Assembly (NCBI GenBank): GCA_964291675.2 | Contig: OZ219866.1 | Location: forward strand, 1,504,001-1,568,000 | Origin: Alphaproteobacteria bacterium | Lineage (GTDB): Bacteria > Pseudomonadota > Alphaproteobacteria > MPNO01 | DNA length: 64,000 nucleotides | Direction: 5' to 3' | Shown: positions 46,131 through 55,230 of the stretch, in pieces | How the letters are laid out: the number at the start of each line of letters is the position of its first letter | Numbering within the stretch: the first letter of the stretch is position 1 | Position numbers and translations under genes: made by a program | Notes under the pieces: model-generated | Database searches by the model: none | Told to the model about the DNA's origin: nothing | Seen by the model: the letters and a program-made list of their open reading frames with translations, nothing else

Positions 46131-47063
46131 TTAGTCAAACAGGCTCGAAACCGACCTTTCCTCGGCGATCCTGAGGATCGCCTCGCCCATCAGCGGAGCG
46201 ATCGAGATCTGCCCGACGGTGTCCGAGACCCTGACGGCCTCGGTGGTGAGGATGCTGTCGGTGGTGATCAGCCGCGACAGCGACGACGTCGATGCCCGCG
46301 CCACCGCGCCGCCCGACAGCACGCCGTGGGTGACGTAGGCGGCGACCGAATCCGCGCCGTGCTCGACCAGGGCCTCGGCCGCGTTGCACAGCGTGCCCGC
46401 GGAATCGACGATATCGTCGATCAGCACGCAGGTCCGCCCTTCCACGTCGCCGATCACGTTCATCACCTCGGACACCCCCGCCCGCTCGCGGCGCTTGTCG
46501 ATGATCGCAAGATCGGTGTCGAGCCGCCGCGCGACCGCGCGGGCGCGGATCACGCCGCCCATGTCGGGCGAGATGATGGTGAGCTTGTCGCGGTCGATGT
46601 TCTCCTCGATGTCGCGGACGAAGACCGGCGAGGCGAACAGATTGTCCAGCGGGATGTCGAAGAATCCCTGGATCTGGCCGGCGTGGAGGTCGAGGGTGAG
46701 CACCCGGTCGGCGCCGGCGCTGGTGATGAGATTGGCGACCAGCTTGGCCGAGATCGGCGTTCGCGGCCCCGATTTCCGGTCCTGCCGGGCATAGCCGAAA
46801 TAGGGGACGACCGCGGTGACGCGGCGCGCCGAGCCGCGCTTCAGCGCGTCCAGCATCACCAGCAGCTCCATCAGATTGTCGTTCGCCGGGTAGGACGTCG
46901 ACTGGACCACGAACACGTCCTCGCCGCGGACGTTCTCGTGGATCTCGACGAAGCACTCCATGTCGGAGAAGCGCCGGATGCTGGCATTGGTCAAGGGGAG
47001 CTGCAGACAGGCCGAGATGGCTTCGGCCAGCGGACGGTTGCTGTTGCCGGCGAGGATCTTCAT
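46131..47063 (-). CDS. prs: Ribose-phosphate pyrophosphokinase
   Basis: [37 protein letters not shown]. Confidence 0.97.
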   Translation of the reverse strand: MKILAGNSNRPLAEAISACLQLPLTNASIRRFSDMECFVEIHENVRGEDVFVVQSTSYPANDNLMELLVMLDALKRGSARRVTAVVPYFGYARQDRKSGPRTPISAKLVANLITSAGADRVLTLDLHAGQIQGFFDIPLDNLFASPVFVRDIEENIDRDKLTIISPDMGGVIRARAVARRLDTDLAIIDKRRERAGVSEVMNVIGDVEGRTCVLIDDIVDSAGTLCNAAEALVEHGADSVAAYVTHGVLSGGAVARASTSSLSRLITTDSILTTEAVRVSDTVGQISIAPLMGEAILRIAEERSVSSLFD

Positions 47064-47087
47064 CGCGTCACTCGGGAAGTTGCCGGC

Positions 47088-47705
47088 CTATGGGCGCTTG
47101 AGCGCAGGGTCGTGCAGCGTCGTGTCCTGTCCGGGCGGCGGGTTTGCCACCGCCTCCTCCAGCGACTGGGCCTCGCGCCACTCGTCGGGCGGGCGGATAT
47201 GGCCGGGATTGCCGATCTGGTCGAGCCCCCAGTAGATCTCCAGCCTGTGGTTGTCGGGGTCGCGGAACTCGACCGCGATCTGGCAGCCGGCGCGGCGGCG
47301 GCCGTGGAAGTCGATCCGGACGCCGTGCCGCTCCAGGTGGTCGCGCGCCCTGAGCACCTCGTCCAGCGTCGCCACCTCGAAGGCCATGTGGTCGAGCTCC
47401 GAGTTGTCCGCGTCTTGCTCGCGCCCGCCGACCAGCGCCACCCCGTGGTGGTCGGCGTTGCAGCGCATGAACACCATGCCGCCGGGCATCATGCTCTCGG
47501 GATAGACGTCCGACACCCTGAAGCCGAGCACGTCGGTGTAGAAGGCCGTGGACCGCGCGATATCGCGCACCTTGAGCACGACATGGCCGATCTTGCGGAC
47601 CGCGAAGGGGAGCCCAGCCGGCGTCTCCCGCCGGGCGAGCGCCTGTACGTCCTCGCGCCCGAGCCCCTCCACGTCGACGATCCCGCGCCCGCGTTCGAGT
47701 GCCAT
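47088..47705 (-). CDS. VOC/glyoxalase family protein (extradiol dioxygenase-like domain)
   Basis: IGHVVL, FYTDVLGF, DHH, LDHMAFEV, FRDPDNHRLE. Confidence 0.85.
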   Translation of the reverse strand: MALERGRGIVDVEGLGREDVQALARRETPAGLPFAVRKIGHVVLKVRDIARSTAFYTDVLGFRVSDVYPESMMPGGMVFMRCNADHHGVALVGGREQDADNSELDHMAFEVATLDEVLRARDHLERHGVRIDFHGRRRAGCQIAVEFRDPDNHRLEIYWGLDQIGNPGHIRPPDEWREAQSLEEAVANPPPGQDTTLHDPALKRP

Positions 47706-47807
47706 CACGCCCCTCCCGGCGATGGATTTGGCGCCAATATACAGCCCGCCCGAACCGCGGCAAGCGGCCTCCGCCGTGTCGGCGATTCCAAACGACGCCG
47801 ACACGTT

Positions 47808-48130
47808 CTACGCCGCCATGGTGGGATCGAGGATCGCTTTGCCGAGGACCGAATCCGACTCTTCCAGACGGCGGTGCTGCGCCGCCGCGGCCGCGAGCGC
47901 GTCGTCGACATTGCGCCGCGTCAGCCCGGCGCCAGGATAGCGCGCACCCGTTCGCGCAGATCCTCCCCGCGGTTGTTGCCGTCGCGCCGCACCGGCAGGT
48001 CGAAGCTGCGGTCGATGGGGACCGCCTCGACCGCCAGCACAACCTCGTCCCGCCCCGGGCTGGGCGCGGGCACCTCGGCGCGGCTGAGCACATCCGGCTC
48101 GCCGAACCTCTCCATGACTGCCGCGCGCAT
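47808..48130 (-). pseudogene. Internally deleted MDR (zinc ADH/quinone oxidoreductase) remnant
   Basis: N-terminal MRAAVMERFGEPDVLSRAEVPAPSPGRDEVVLAVEA and C-terminal AAAAQHRRLEESDSVLGKAILDP are in different frames only ~320 bp apart. Confidence 0.7.
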
Positions 48131-48180
48131 GGCCGGGGATGCCATTCGTTACGCCGCCAAGCCCGATGGGATCCGCGTCT

Positions 48181-48960
48181 TCACTCGGGCCTCTGAACCG
48201 GACCGCCATCGCTGCGGTGACGGCGCAACCCCGCACCGTAGGCACACAGCAGGTTCTCGTAATCCGTCGCCGACGGCAGGACCCTTGCGCCTTCCATGAG
48301 AGGAAACGTCATGACGGTGTCCTTCTCACGGTCCAGGTGCCCGAGCCCCAGCACGTGTCCCAGCTCATGAGCCATGACACTCAACGCATCCATTTCTCTC
48401 CTGCCCGGCAGAGCTTCGCCATAATTCACGCGTGGTCTCTTGTGCATGTATACCTCGATGTCGGCGTCGGTGATCGGGCTGCGGGTATCGTGGCTGCCTG
48501 GCGGCGAGGCAGTCGGCGGCCCGGAACGCCAGGAGATCGTGGTGACCGCCATCCGCCTTGCCGGCGCGCCCTCCGACAGGACGATGGCATTCACGCCGTC
48601 GTCCGCGGCCTCCAACCTGCTTTGGGAAGACCGCCATTCGAACAATTGCAGGGAAACCACGCCGAAGTCCGGTCTGCCTGTGCCGAACGGGTCTCCCTCG
48701 TACTCGGCCATGAGATACGCCGCCCAGCCGCGATTCCACCGCTGCATCGCTTCGACTGCGACGTCGATTATGGCGGGTGGCAGATCGGACGACAGGTGCA
48801 TGACGACCGGGAAGCTCTCGACCGGTTGCGTCACCGCGTTGCCGGACTCCACGCGGAAGGTGCAAAGCCGGTCTGCCTCGCCCAAGGGGGTGCCGTGCCG
48901 CACCTCCGCTCCCGGATCGCCGGCGAGAGCAACCGGAAGAACCACCGAAAGACAGCACAA
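48181..48960 (-). CDS. Matrixin/M10-like metzincin metalloprotease, probably secreted (start uncertain)
   Basis: HELGHVLGLGH zinc motif, TVM Met-turn, ITDADIE, hydrophobic signal-like N-terminus. Confidence 0.75.
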   Translation of the reverse strand: MCCLSVVLPVALAGDPGAEVRHGTPLGEADRLCTFRVESGNAVTQPVESFPVVMHLSSDLPPAIIDVAVEAMQRWNRGWAAYLMAEYEGDPFGTGRPDFGVVSLQLFEWRSSQSRLEAADDGVNAIVLSEGAPARRMAVTTISWRSGPPTASPPGSHDTRSPITDADIEVYMHKRPRVNYGEALPGRREMDALSVMAHELGHVLGLGHLDREKDTVMTFPLMEGARVLPSATDYENLLCAYGAGLRRHRSDGGPVQRPE

Positions 48961-49043
48961 CCAGGAAAGACCGAGGATCCGAATCGTCGATACACCCGCG
49001 CCGGTGGCCGGGATTGCCTTGTCGAGGGGACGAATGGGCGAGT

Positions 49044-49331
49044 CTACCGCAACAGCTCCTGAACCACCGAAGGCCTCTTGGCGATCAGCGCGAGCAGCAC
49101 CTGCGCCGGTCCGGTCGGCCGCCGCCGCCCATGCTCCCAGTTGAGCAGCGTCCCCCTCGCCACCCCGATGCTGCGGGCGAACTCGCCTTGCGACAGGCCG
49201 GTCTGCCGGCGGATCTGTGCCACGTCGATATCCGGCAACTCGATTTCGTGCACCGTGGCGCCGCCGGTCTTGCCGTGGGCGAAGGCGAGCGCCTCCTCCA
49301 GGCCCTTCTTCACGCTCCCGTATGCGGTCAT
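49044..49331 (-). CDS. XRE/HigA-type antitoxin
   Basis: DVAQIRRQTGLSQGEFA...TLLNWEHGRRRPTGPAQVLL; ATGA overlap with the toxin. Confidence 0.88.
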   Translation of the reverse strand: MTAYGSVKKGLEEALAFAHGKTGGATVHEIELPDIDVAQIRRQTGLSQGEFARSIGVARGTLLNWEHGRRRPTGPAQVLLALIAKRPSVVQELLR

Positions 49332-49669
49332 GGCTCGGCTCCATATGTCGCGAGGATGCGCTTGCTCAGCGCCACGGCAGCCGCCTGTTCGCTCCGTGAC
49401 AGGTTCGCCCTCTCATTCTTGGCGAAGACCGTCACCAGAAAGATCGGCATGTGCGATCCGCCGAATACGTAAATCACCCGGAACCCGCCGCTCTTCCCAC
49501 CGTCCTGGCGCGATATTCGGACCTTTCTCAGACCGCCGCCCAGCGACACGCCTATCTGCGGATTCGCCGCGATGAAGGCGATCGCCGCTTCCCGCTCGCG
49601 GTCCGACATCGTCGCTTTGGCGCGGCGCTGAAACTCCGGCAGCTCTACTACTGTCTGCAGCCGCGTCAT
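49328..49669 (-). CDS. RelE/HigB2-family toxin
   Basis: VVELPEF, GGLRKVR, GKSGGFRVIY, VFAKNERANLS. Confidence 0.9.
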   Translation of the reverse strand: MTRLQTVVELPEFQRRAKATMSDREREAAIAFIAANPQIGVSLGGGLRKVRISRQDGGKSGGFRVIYVFGGSHMPIFLVTVFAKNERANLSRSEQAAAVALSKRILATYGAEP

Positions 49670-49677
49670 TCACCGGC

Positions 49678-49726
49678 TACATATACGCCGATGGCGCATA
49701 TGTCAATGGCATATGCGCCATCGGCG
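49678..49726 (-). promoter_or_regulatory. TA operon promoter with a perfect 17-bp inverted-repeat operator
   Basis: cgccgatggcgcatatg(49686-49702)-N7-catatgcgccatcggcg(49710-49726) overlaps minus-strand TTGACA-N17-TATGTA. Confidence 0.75.
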
Positions 49727-49781
49727 GGCTTCCCCGATCCGCTCTGGTCGACATCGCCGACGGGTCGAGCTCCGGCAAGCG

Positions 49782-50966
49782 CTATCCCAGCGCCGCTTCC
49801 CAGCCCGTCCCTTCGAGGATGTCGCGCAGCCGGGCGAGGAAGCCGGCGGAGTAGGCGCCGTCTATCGCGCGGTGGTCGAAGGATTGCGCGAGCACGCCGA
49901 GCGGGCGGATGGCGATCGCCTCGCCGCCTTCGGTCGCCACTACGGCGGGCTTACGCCGCACCCCGTCGGTCGACAGGATCGCGACCTGCGGCTGGTTGAT
50001 GATCGGCGCGGTGATCAGCGTGCCGAAGGTGCCGGAGTTGGAGATCGTGTAGGTGCCGCCGGCGAGGTCGTCGGGTCCGATCTTGCCGTCGCGGGCGGCG
50101 GCGGCGGCGGCGCGGATGGCGCGCGCGAGCCCCGGCACGTCCATCGCTTGCGCGTCGCGGATCACCGGCGCCATCAGCCCGCCCGGGCCGAGATCGACCG
50201 CGATGCCGAGATGGACCCGGCGGTGGATGCGCAAATTCCCGCCCTCGATGCTGGCGTTGACGTGCGGGAAGTCGGGGATCGCCCGGCACGCGGCGAAGGC
50301 GACGAAGGGGAGGTAGCTGAGCGAGAAACCCTCCTTCGCCCGCCACGCCTCGCCGTGCCGGTCGCGCGCCCGCTCGACGGCGCAAAAATCGACCTCGACG
50401 GCCTGCAGCACGTGGGGGCTGGTCGCCTTGGACCGCACCATGTGCTCGCCGATCTGCCTGCGCATCCGGCTGAGCGGGACGAGGTCGGGGGCGGCCGGCG
50501 CGCTGTCGACCAGCGCCTCGACGTCCTGGCGGGTGATCCGCCCGTCCCTTCCGGTGCCCGCGATTTCCGCAACGTCCAGCCCGTGCTCGGCGATCAGCCG
50601 GCGCACCGCGGGAGAGAGCGGATTGCCCCTGGCATCGCGCCGCGGCACCGCGCCGAGCGAGATCGCGCCCCGCGCCTGCGACGGCTCGCCTGCCGGCGCG
50701 GCGGGCGCCGGGGCGTCGGGAGCCGCGTCGGCCGCGGCGCCGGCGATCACCGCGAGCCTGGCGCCGACCGGGACCGTGCTCCCGGCCGCGACCAGGATCT
50801 CGGACAGCACGCCGTCGGCGGGCGCCGGCACCTCGGTGTCGACCTTGTCGGTCGAGACCTCGAACAGAGTCTCGTTCGCCCTGACCGGATCGCCCGCCGC
50901 CTTGTGCCAGGCGACCACCGTCCCCTCGGTCACGGTCTCGCCGAGCTGGGGCATGACGACGTCCAT
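49782..50966 (-). CDS. 2-oxoacid dehydrogenase E2 (dihydrolipoamide acyltransferase)
   Basis: MPQLGETVTEG, STDKVD lipoyl site, GTGRDGRI, PIINQPQ, FDHRAIDG. Confidence 0.93.
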   Translation of the reverse strand: MDVVMPQLGETVTEGTVVAWHKAAGDPVRANETLFEVSTDKVDTEVPAPADGVLSEILVAAGSTVPVGARLAVIAGAAADAAPDAPAPAAPAGEPSQARGAISLGAVPRRDARGNPLSPAVRRLIAEHGLDVAEIAGTGRDGRITRQDVEALVDSAPAAPDLVPLSRMRRQIGEHMVRSKATSPHVLQAVEVDFCAVERARDRHGEAWRAKEGFSLSYLPFVAFAACRAIPDFPHVNASIEGGNLRIHRRVHLGIAVDLGPGGLMAPVIRDAQAMDVPGLARAIRAAAAAARDGKIGPDDLAGGTYTISNSGTFGTLITAPIINQPQVAILSTDGVRRKPAVVATEGGEAIAIRPLGVLAQSFDHRAIDGAYSAGFLARLRDILEGTGWEAALG

Positions 50967-50973
50967 CGCGGGC

Positions 50974-51948
50974 TCAGCCCATGCTGGCGCGGATCGTGTC
51001 CGCGATCCGCTCGACCGAGGGCAGCGCCAGGTCTTCCAGGTTGTCGGCCGACGGCAGCGGGATGTGCGGCGTGGTGATGCGGACGATCGGGCCGTCGAGG
51101 TCGTAGAAGCACTCCTCGCCGGCGATCGAGGCGATCTCCGCCCCCCAGCCGCAGAGCCTCGGGTTCTCCTCCACGGTGAACAGCCGGCCGGTCTCCGAGA
51201 CCGCGGAGAGGATGGTCCGCGTGTCGAGCGGCACCAGCGAGCGCACGTCGATCACCGTGCAGGAGATGCCGTCCCCGGCGAGGCGCTCGGCCGCCTCGAC
51301 GGCGCGCGGCACCATCGCGGCGAGCGCGACGATGGTGGCATCGCCCCCCTCGCGCAGCACGCTTGCGGTGCCGAGCGCATCCACGTGCTCGCCGTCCGGC
51401 ACCGGACCCCTGATGCCGTAGAGCGATTTCTGCTCGAAGAAGATCACCGGGTCGGGATCGCGGATCGAGGCCGCCAGCAATCCCACGATGTCGGCCGGGT
51501 TGGAGGGCGCGACCACCTTGAGGCCGGGGATCATCATCGCCCAGTTCTCGATCGCCTGGGAGTGCTGGGCGCCGAACCGGGCGCCGCCGCCATTGGCGCT
51601 GCGGATCACCAGCGGGAAGGAGACCTGGCCGTTGGTCATGTAGCGCGACTTGGCGATCTCGTTGGCGACCAGATCCCAGCAGACGGCGAAGAAGTCGGAG
51701 AACATCAGCTCGGCGATCGGCCTCAGCCCGGTCATCGCAGCACCCATCGCGGCGCCGACGATCGCCTGCTCGGAGATCGGCGTGTCGCGCACCCGGTCCG
51801 GGCCGAACTCCTCGAACAGCCCGACCGTGGTCTTGAACACGCCGCCCGCCGCGCCGATGTCCTCGCCGAGGAACACCACCGAGGGGTCGCGCCGCATCTC
51901 CTGGGCGATCGCCGCGGCGACCGCCTCGCGGCAGGTCAGTTCCGCCAT
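50974..51948 (-). CDS. 2-oxoacid/acetoin dehydrogenase E1 beta subunit
   Basis: GEDIG..GGVF, DTPISEQ, AQHSQ, IDVRSLVPLD. Confidence 0.93.
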   Translation of the reverse strand: MAELTCREAVAAAIAQEMRRDPSVVFLGEDIGAAGGVFKTTVGLFEEFGPDRVRDTPISEQAIVGAAMGAAMTGLRPIAELMFSDFFAVCWDLVANEIAKSRYMTNGQVSFPLVIRSANGGGARFGAQHSQAIENWAMMIPGLKVVAPSNPADIVGLLAASIRDPDPVIFFEQKSLYGIRGPVPDGEHVDALGTASVLREGGDATIVALAAMVPRAVEAAERLAGDGISCTVIDVRSLVPLDTRTILSAVSETGRLFTVEENPRLCGWGAEIASIAGEECFYDLDGPIVRITTPHIPLPSADNLEDLALPSVERIADTIRASMG

Positions 51949-52958
51949 GCCGCGCCTCCATCGGCGTAGACCTCGGTCTCCAGGATGTCGGGCGGCGGCG
52001 GCGGCGAGGCCTTGGCCGCATCCGTCGCCGCGTCGACCGCCGCCAGCACCTCGGCCTCGATCCCGTCCACCGCGGATTCCGCGAAGCCGAAATCGAGCAG
52101 CCGCCGGCGATAGGCCGGGACCGGGTCGCGGGCGAGCCACTCCTCGACCTCCTCGTCCGGCCGGTAGGCGCCCGGGTCGGCGCGCGAATGCCCGCACTGG
52201 CGATAGGTCTTGGCCTCGATCAGCGAAGGACCGCCGCCCGACCGCGCCTTGTCGTAGGCGGTCCGGGCGACGCGGAACACCGCATCGGCGTCGTTGCCGT
52301 CGACGATGATCGACTCCATGCCGTAGGCCGGCGCGCGGTCGGCCGCGGGATGCTCGACCGCGGTCACGTCGCCGATCGGCGTGTACTCCATGTACAGGTT
52401 GTTCTCGCAGACGAAGATCACCGGCAGCTTCCACACCTGGGCCATGTTGAGGGCCTCGTGGAAGGCGCCGATATTGGTGGTCCCGTCGCCGAAGAAGCAG
52501 ACCGAGACCTGGTCCGTGCCGCGATACTGCGCCGACCAGGCGGCGCCCATGGCGATCGGCAGATGGGCGCCGATGATGGCATAGGACCCCATCGCGCCGT
52601 GCTCGACGCTGGTCAGGTGCATCGAGCCGCCCTTGCCGGCGAGCAGCCCGCACTGGCGGCCCATCAGCTCGCCGAGGACCCCCGACATGGAGGCGCCGCG
52701 GGCCAGCGTATGGGCGTGGCCGCGATAGGTGCAGAAGGTGTAGTCGCCCTCCTCCATCGCCACCGCGAAGCCGGCCGCCACCGCCTCCTGGCCGAGCGAC
52801 AGATGCACCGTCCCCTTGACCAGGTTCTGCAGGAACAGATCGTGCGCGCGCTGCTCGACATGGCGGATCTCGAGCTGGGAGCGCCACAGCGCGAGCCGTG
52901 CCGCCTCGCCGATATCGTCATTGGCGAGATCGGGCCCGGCCGTCTCTTCGTTTGCCAA
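51936..52958 (-). CDS. 2-oxoacid/acetoin dehydrogenase E1 alpha subunit
   Basis: HLSLGQEA, YRGH, GKGGSMH, GDG..N ThDP motif, CENN, YR..GHS..D. Confidence 0.93.
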   Translation of the reverse strand: MANEETAGPDLANDDIGEAARLALWRSQLEIRHVEQRAHDLFLQNLVKGTVHLSLGQEAVAAGFAVAMEEGDYTFCTYRGHAHTLARGASMSGVLGELMGRQCGLLAGKGGSMHLTSVEHGAMGSYAIIGAHLPIAMGAAWSAQYRGTDQVSVCFFGDGTTNIGAFHEALNMAQVWKLPVIFVCENNLYMEYTPIGDVTAVEHPAADRAPAYGMESIIVDGNDADAVFRVARTAYDKARSGGGPSLIEAKTYRQCGHSRADPGAYRPDEEVEEWLARDPVPAYRRRLLDFGFAESAVDGIEAEVLAAVDAATDAAKASPPPPPDILETEVYADGGAAWRN

Positions 52959-52977
52959 GTTCGCCTCCCCCTCGGTT

Positions 52978-54261
52978 TCAGTATTTGGCGGAGATCGGCA
53001 GGTCCTCGGCCGGATAGAGGCTGATCACCCTCGGCCCCTCGTCGGTGACCACCACCTCCTCCTCGATGCGGGCGGCGGAATAGCCGTCCTTCGCCGGGCA
53101 GTAGGTCTCCAGCGCGAACACCATGCCCTCCTTGATCTCCTTCGGGTCCTCCATCGAGATCAGCCGGCTGATGATCGGCCGCTCGTGGATCGAGACGCCG
53201 AGCCCGTGGCCGAACTGGAGACCGAACGCCTCCATCTCGCTGGCGAACCCGAATTCTTCCGCCTCCGGCCAGACCGCGGCGATCTCGTCGGTCGAGACGC
53301 CGGGGCGCACCAGCTCGATCGCCGCGTCCAGCCATTCGCGGCACTGCTTGTAGGCGTCCTCCTGCACCGCGCTCGCGCGCCCCACGTTGAACGTCCGGTA
53401 GTAGCAGGTGCGGTATCCCATATAGCCGTGCAGGATGTCGAAGAAGGCCTGGTCGCCGGGGCGCACCATGCGGTCGGTGAAGTTGTGCGGGTGCGGGCTG
53501 CAGCGCTCGCCCGAGATCGCGTTGATGGCTTCGACGTCGTCCGAGCCCATCTCGTAGAGTAGCTTGTTGGCGCGGGCCACGATGTCGTTCTCGCGCACCC
53601 CCGGCTTCAGCTCCTCGCCGATCATGTGATAGACCGCATCGACCATGCCGGCGGCCTGGTTGAGCAGCACGATCTCGTCGATGTTCTTGACCTCGCGCGC
53701 GTCCAACATCACCTGCTGGCCGTCGCGCACCTCGATATTGCGCTTTTGCAGCTCGAACAGCATCGGCGGCTCGCAGATGTCGACGCCGATCGGCATGTCG
53801 CCGACGCCGGCCTCGTCGAGCATCGACTTGATCTGCTCGGCCGCCCTGGTCATCAGCCCGGCATCGGGCGGCACGGTGCCGCGCAGCCCCAGCATGCCGG
53901 CGTGGACGTGCTCGCCCTTGAGCCAGGGCGCGTGGAGCCGGTGGTGCGAGGCGGCCGAGCCGAAATCCCAGACATGCGGCTCCTCGCCCCGCATCAGGAG
54001 GGCGTAGCGCGACATCTTGTCGCGCGACCACTCGCCGATGGCGGTGCCGGTGAGGTAGCGGATGTTGTTGTTGTCGAAGCAGAGCAGCGCGCCGAGCCCG
54101 GAGCTCTCCAGCGCCTGCTTGGCGCGCGCCAGGCGGTAGTCGCGCAGCCGGTCGAAATTGACCCGCTCCTCGGTGTCGACGCCGCCATGGCCGGGCGCCG
54201 GGATCGCCCCGCCCCAGCTGTAATGCGGCTCCAGATGGGCCGGATCGATGTCGGCTGCCAT
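52978..54261 (-). CDS. M24 family (Xaa-Pro peptidase/creatinase-like) hydrolase
   Basis: NNIRYLTG, FGHGLG..HE.P, GMVFALET, RIEEEVVVT. Confidence 0.85.
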   Translation of the reverse strand: MAADIDPAHLEPHYSWGGAIPAPGHGGVDTEERVNFDRLRDYRLARAKQALESSGLGALLCFDNNNIRYLTGTAIGEWSRDKMSRYALLMRGEEPHVWDFGSAASHHRLHAPWLKGEHVHAGMLGLRGTVPPDAGLMTRAAEQIKSMLDEAGVGDMPIGVDICEPPMLFELQKRNIEVRDGQQVMLDAREVKNIDEIVLLNQAAGMVDAVYHMIGEELKPGVRENDIVARANKLLYEMGSDDVEAINAISGERCSPHPHNFTDRMVRPGDQAFFDILHGYMGYRTCYYRTFNVGRASAVQEDAYKQCREWLDAAIELVRPGVSTDEIAAVWPEAEEFGFASEMEAFGLQFGHGLGVSIHERPIISRLISMEDPKEIKEGMVFALETYCPAKDGYSAARIEEEVVVTDEGPRVISLYPAEDLPISAKY

Positions 54262-54348
54262 GGCTCTCCTCCAATCTCCCGGACGCGTTTCAGCGCCGAT
54301 ATCGGTTCAAGATTTCACATCGCCGCCGCCGCTTCAATCCGCCCGCCG

Positions 54349-55230
54349 CTATTCCAGCCCGCCGGCCCGCGCCTGCTCGCGCGCGACCACCGCCCAGTCG
54401 CGCTCGCCGTCGCCATGCGCGATGGCGCCGAGCAGCCGGTCGCGCCAGACATTGGCGGACGGCAGCGGCACGCGCGCGGCCTCCGCCGCGGCGAGCGCGA
54501 GATTGGCGTCCTTGAGGCCGAGCGCGGCGGTCATGCCCACCCGGTCCCAGTCCTGCTTGGCGATGATGTCGCCATAGACCTTGTAGGCGGTGCAGGCGAA
54601 CACCCCGTCGGTCAGCACGTCGTACAGGGTCTCCGGCCGGACGCCGTAGCGCCGCACCAGGGAGAACGCCTCGCCCATCGTCTCGATCGCGCAGCCGAGC
54701 ACGAAGTTGTTGGCGAGCTTGACCGAGGCGGCCGCCTCGGGCGCCGCGCCGGCCTCGAAGCAGCGCCGCCCCATGGCCGCGAACAGCGGCGCGCAGGCGG
54801 CCAGCGAGTCCGGCGGGCCGGCGGCGACGATCCCGAGCTCGCCCGCCGCCGCCGCGTCGGGACGGCCGAGCACCGGGGCGGCGACATAGACCTGGCCCGC
54901 CTCTTCGTGGATCGCGGCGGCGCGCCGGCTCATGGCGACGCCGTGGGTGCCCATGCCGGCATGGATCGCGCCCCGGGGCAGGTGGGCGGCGATCCCGTCC
55001 GCCCCCTCGACGACCCGGGCGAGGTCGTCGTCGCCGCCCAGCATGGTGATCGCCACCTCGCGGTCGGAGACCGCGTCCGCGATGCTGCGCACGACCTTCG
55101 CGCCCGCGGGGGCGAGCGCTGCCGCCTTGGCGTGGGTCCGGTTGTAGCCCTTGAGGTCGTGCCCGGCCTCAAGGAGGCGCCTTGCCATGTTCTGCCCCAT
55201 GCGGCCGAGGCCGATGAATCCGACTTTCAT
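54349..55230 (-). CDS. NAD(P)-dependent beta-hydroxyacid dehydrogenase family protein
   Basis: VGFIGLGRMG, YNRT, APVLG, KLANN, LKD. Confidence 0.88.
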   Translation of the reverse strand: MKVGFIGLGRMGQNMARRLLEAGHDLKGYNRTHAKAAALAPAGAKVVRSIADAVSDREVAITMLGGDDDLARVVEGADGIAAHLPRGAIHAGMGTHGVAMSRRAAAIHEEAGQVYVAAPVLGRPDAAAAGELGIVAAGPPDSLAACAPLFAAMGRRCFEAGAAPEAAASVKLANNFVLGCAIETMGEAFSLVRRYGVRPETLYDVLTDGVFACTAYKVYGDIIAKQDWDRVGMTAALGLKDANLALAAAEAARVPLPSANVWRDRLLGAIAHGDGERDWAVVAREQARAGGLE

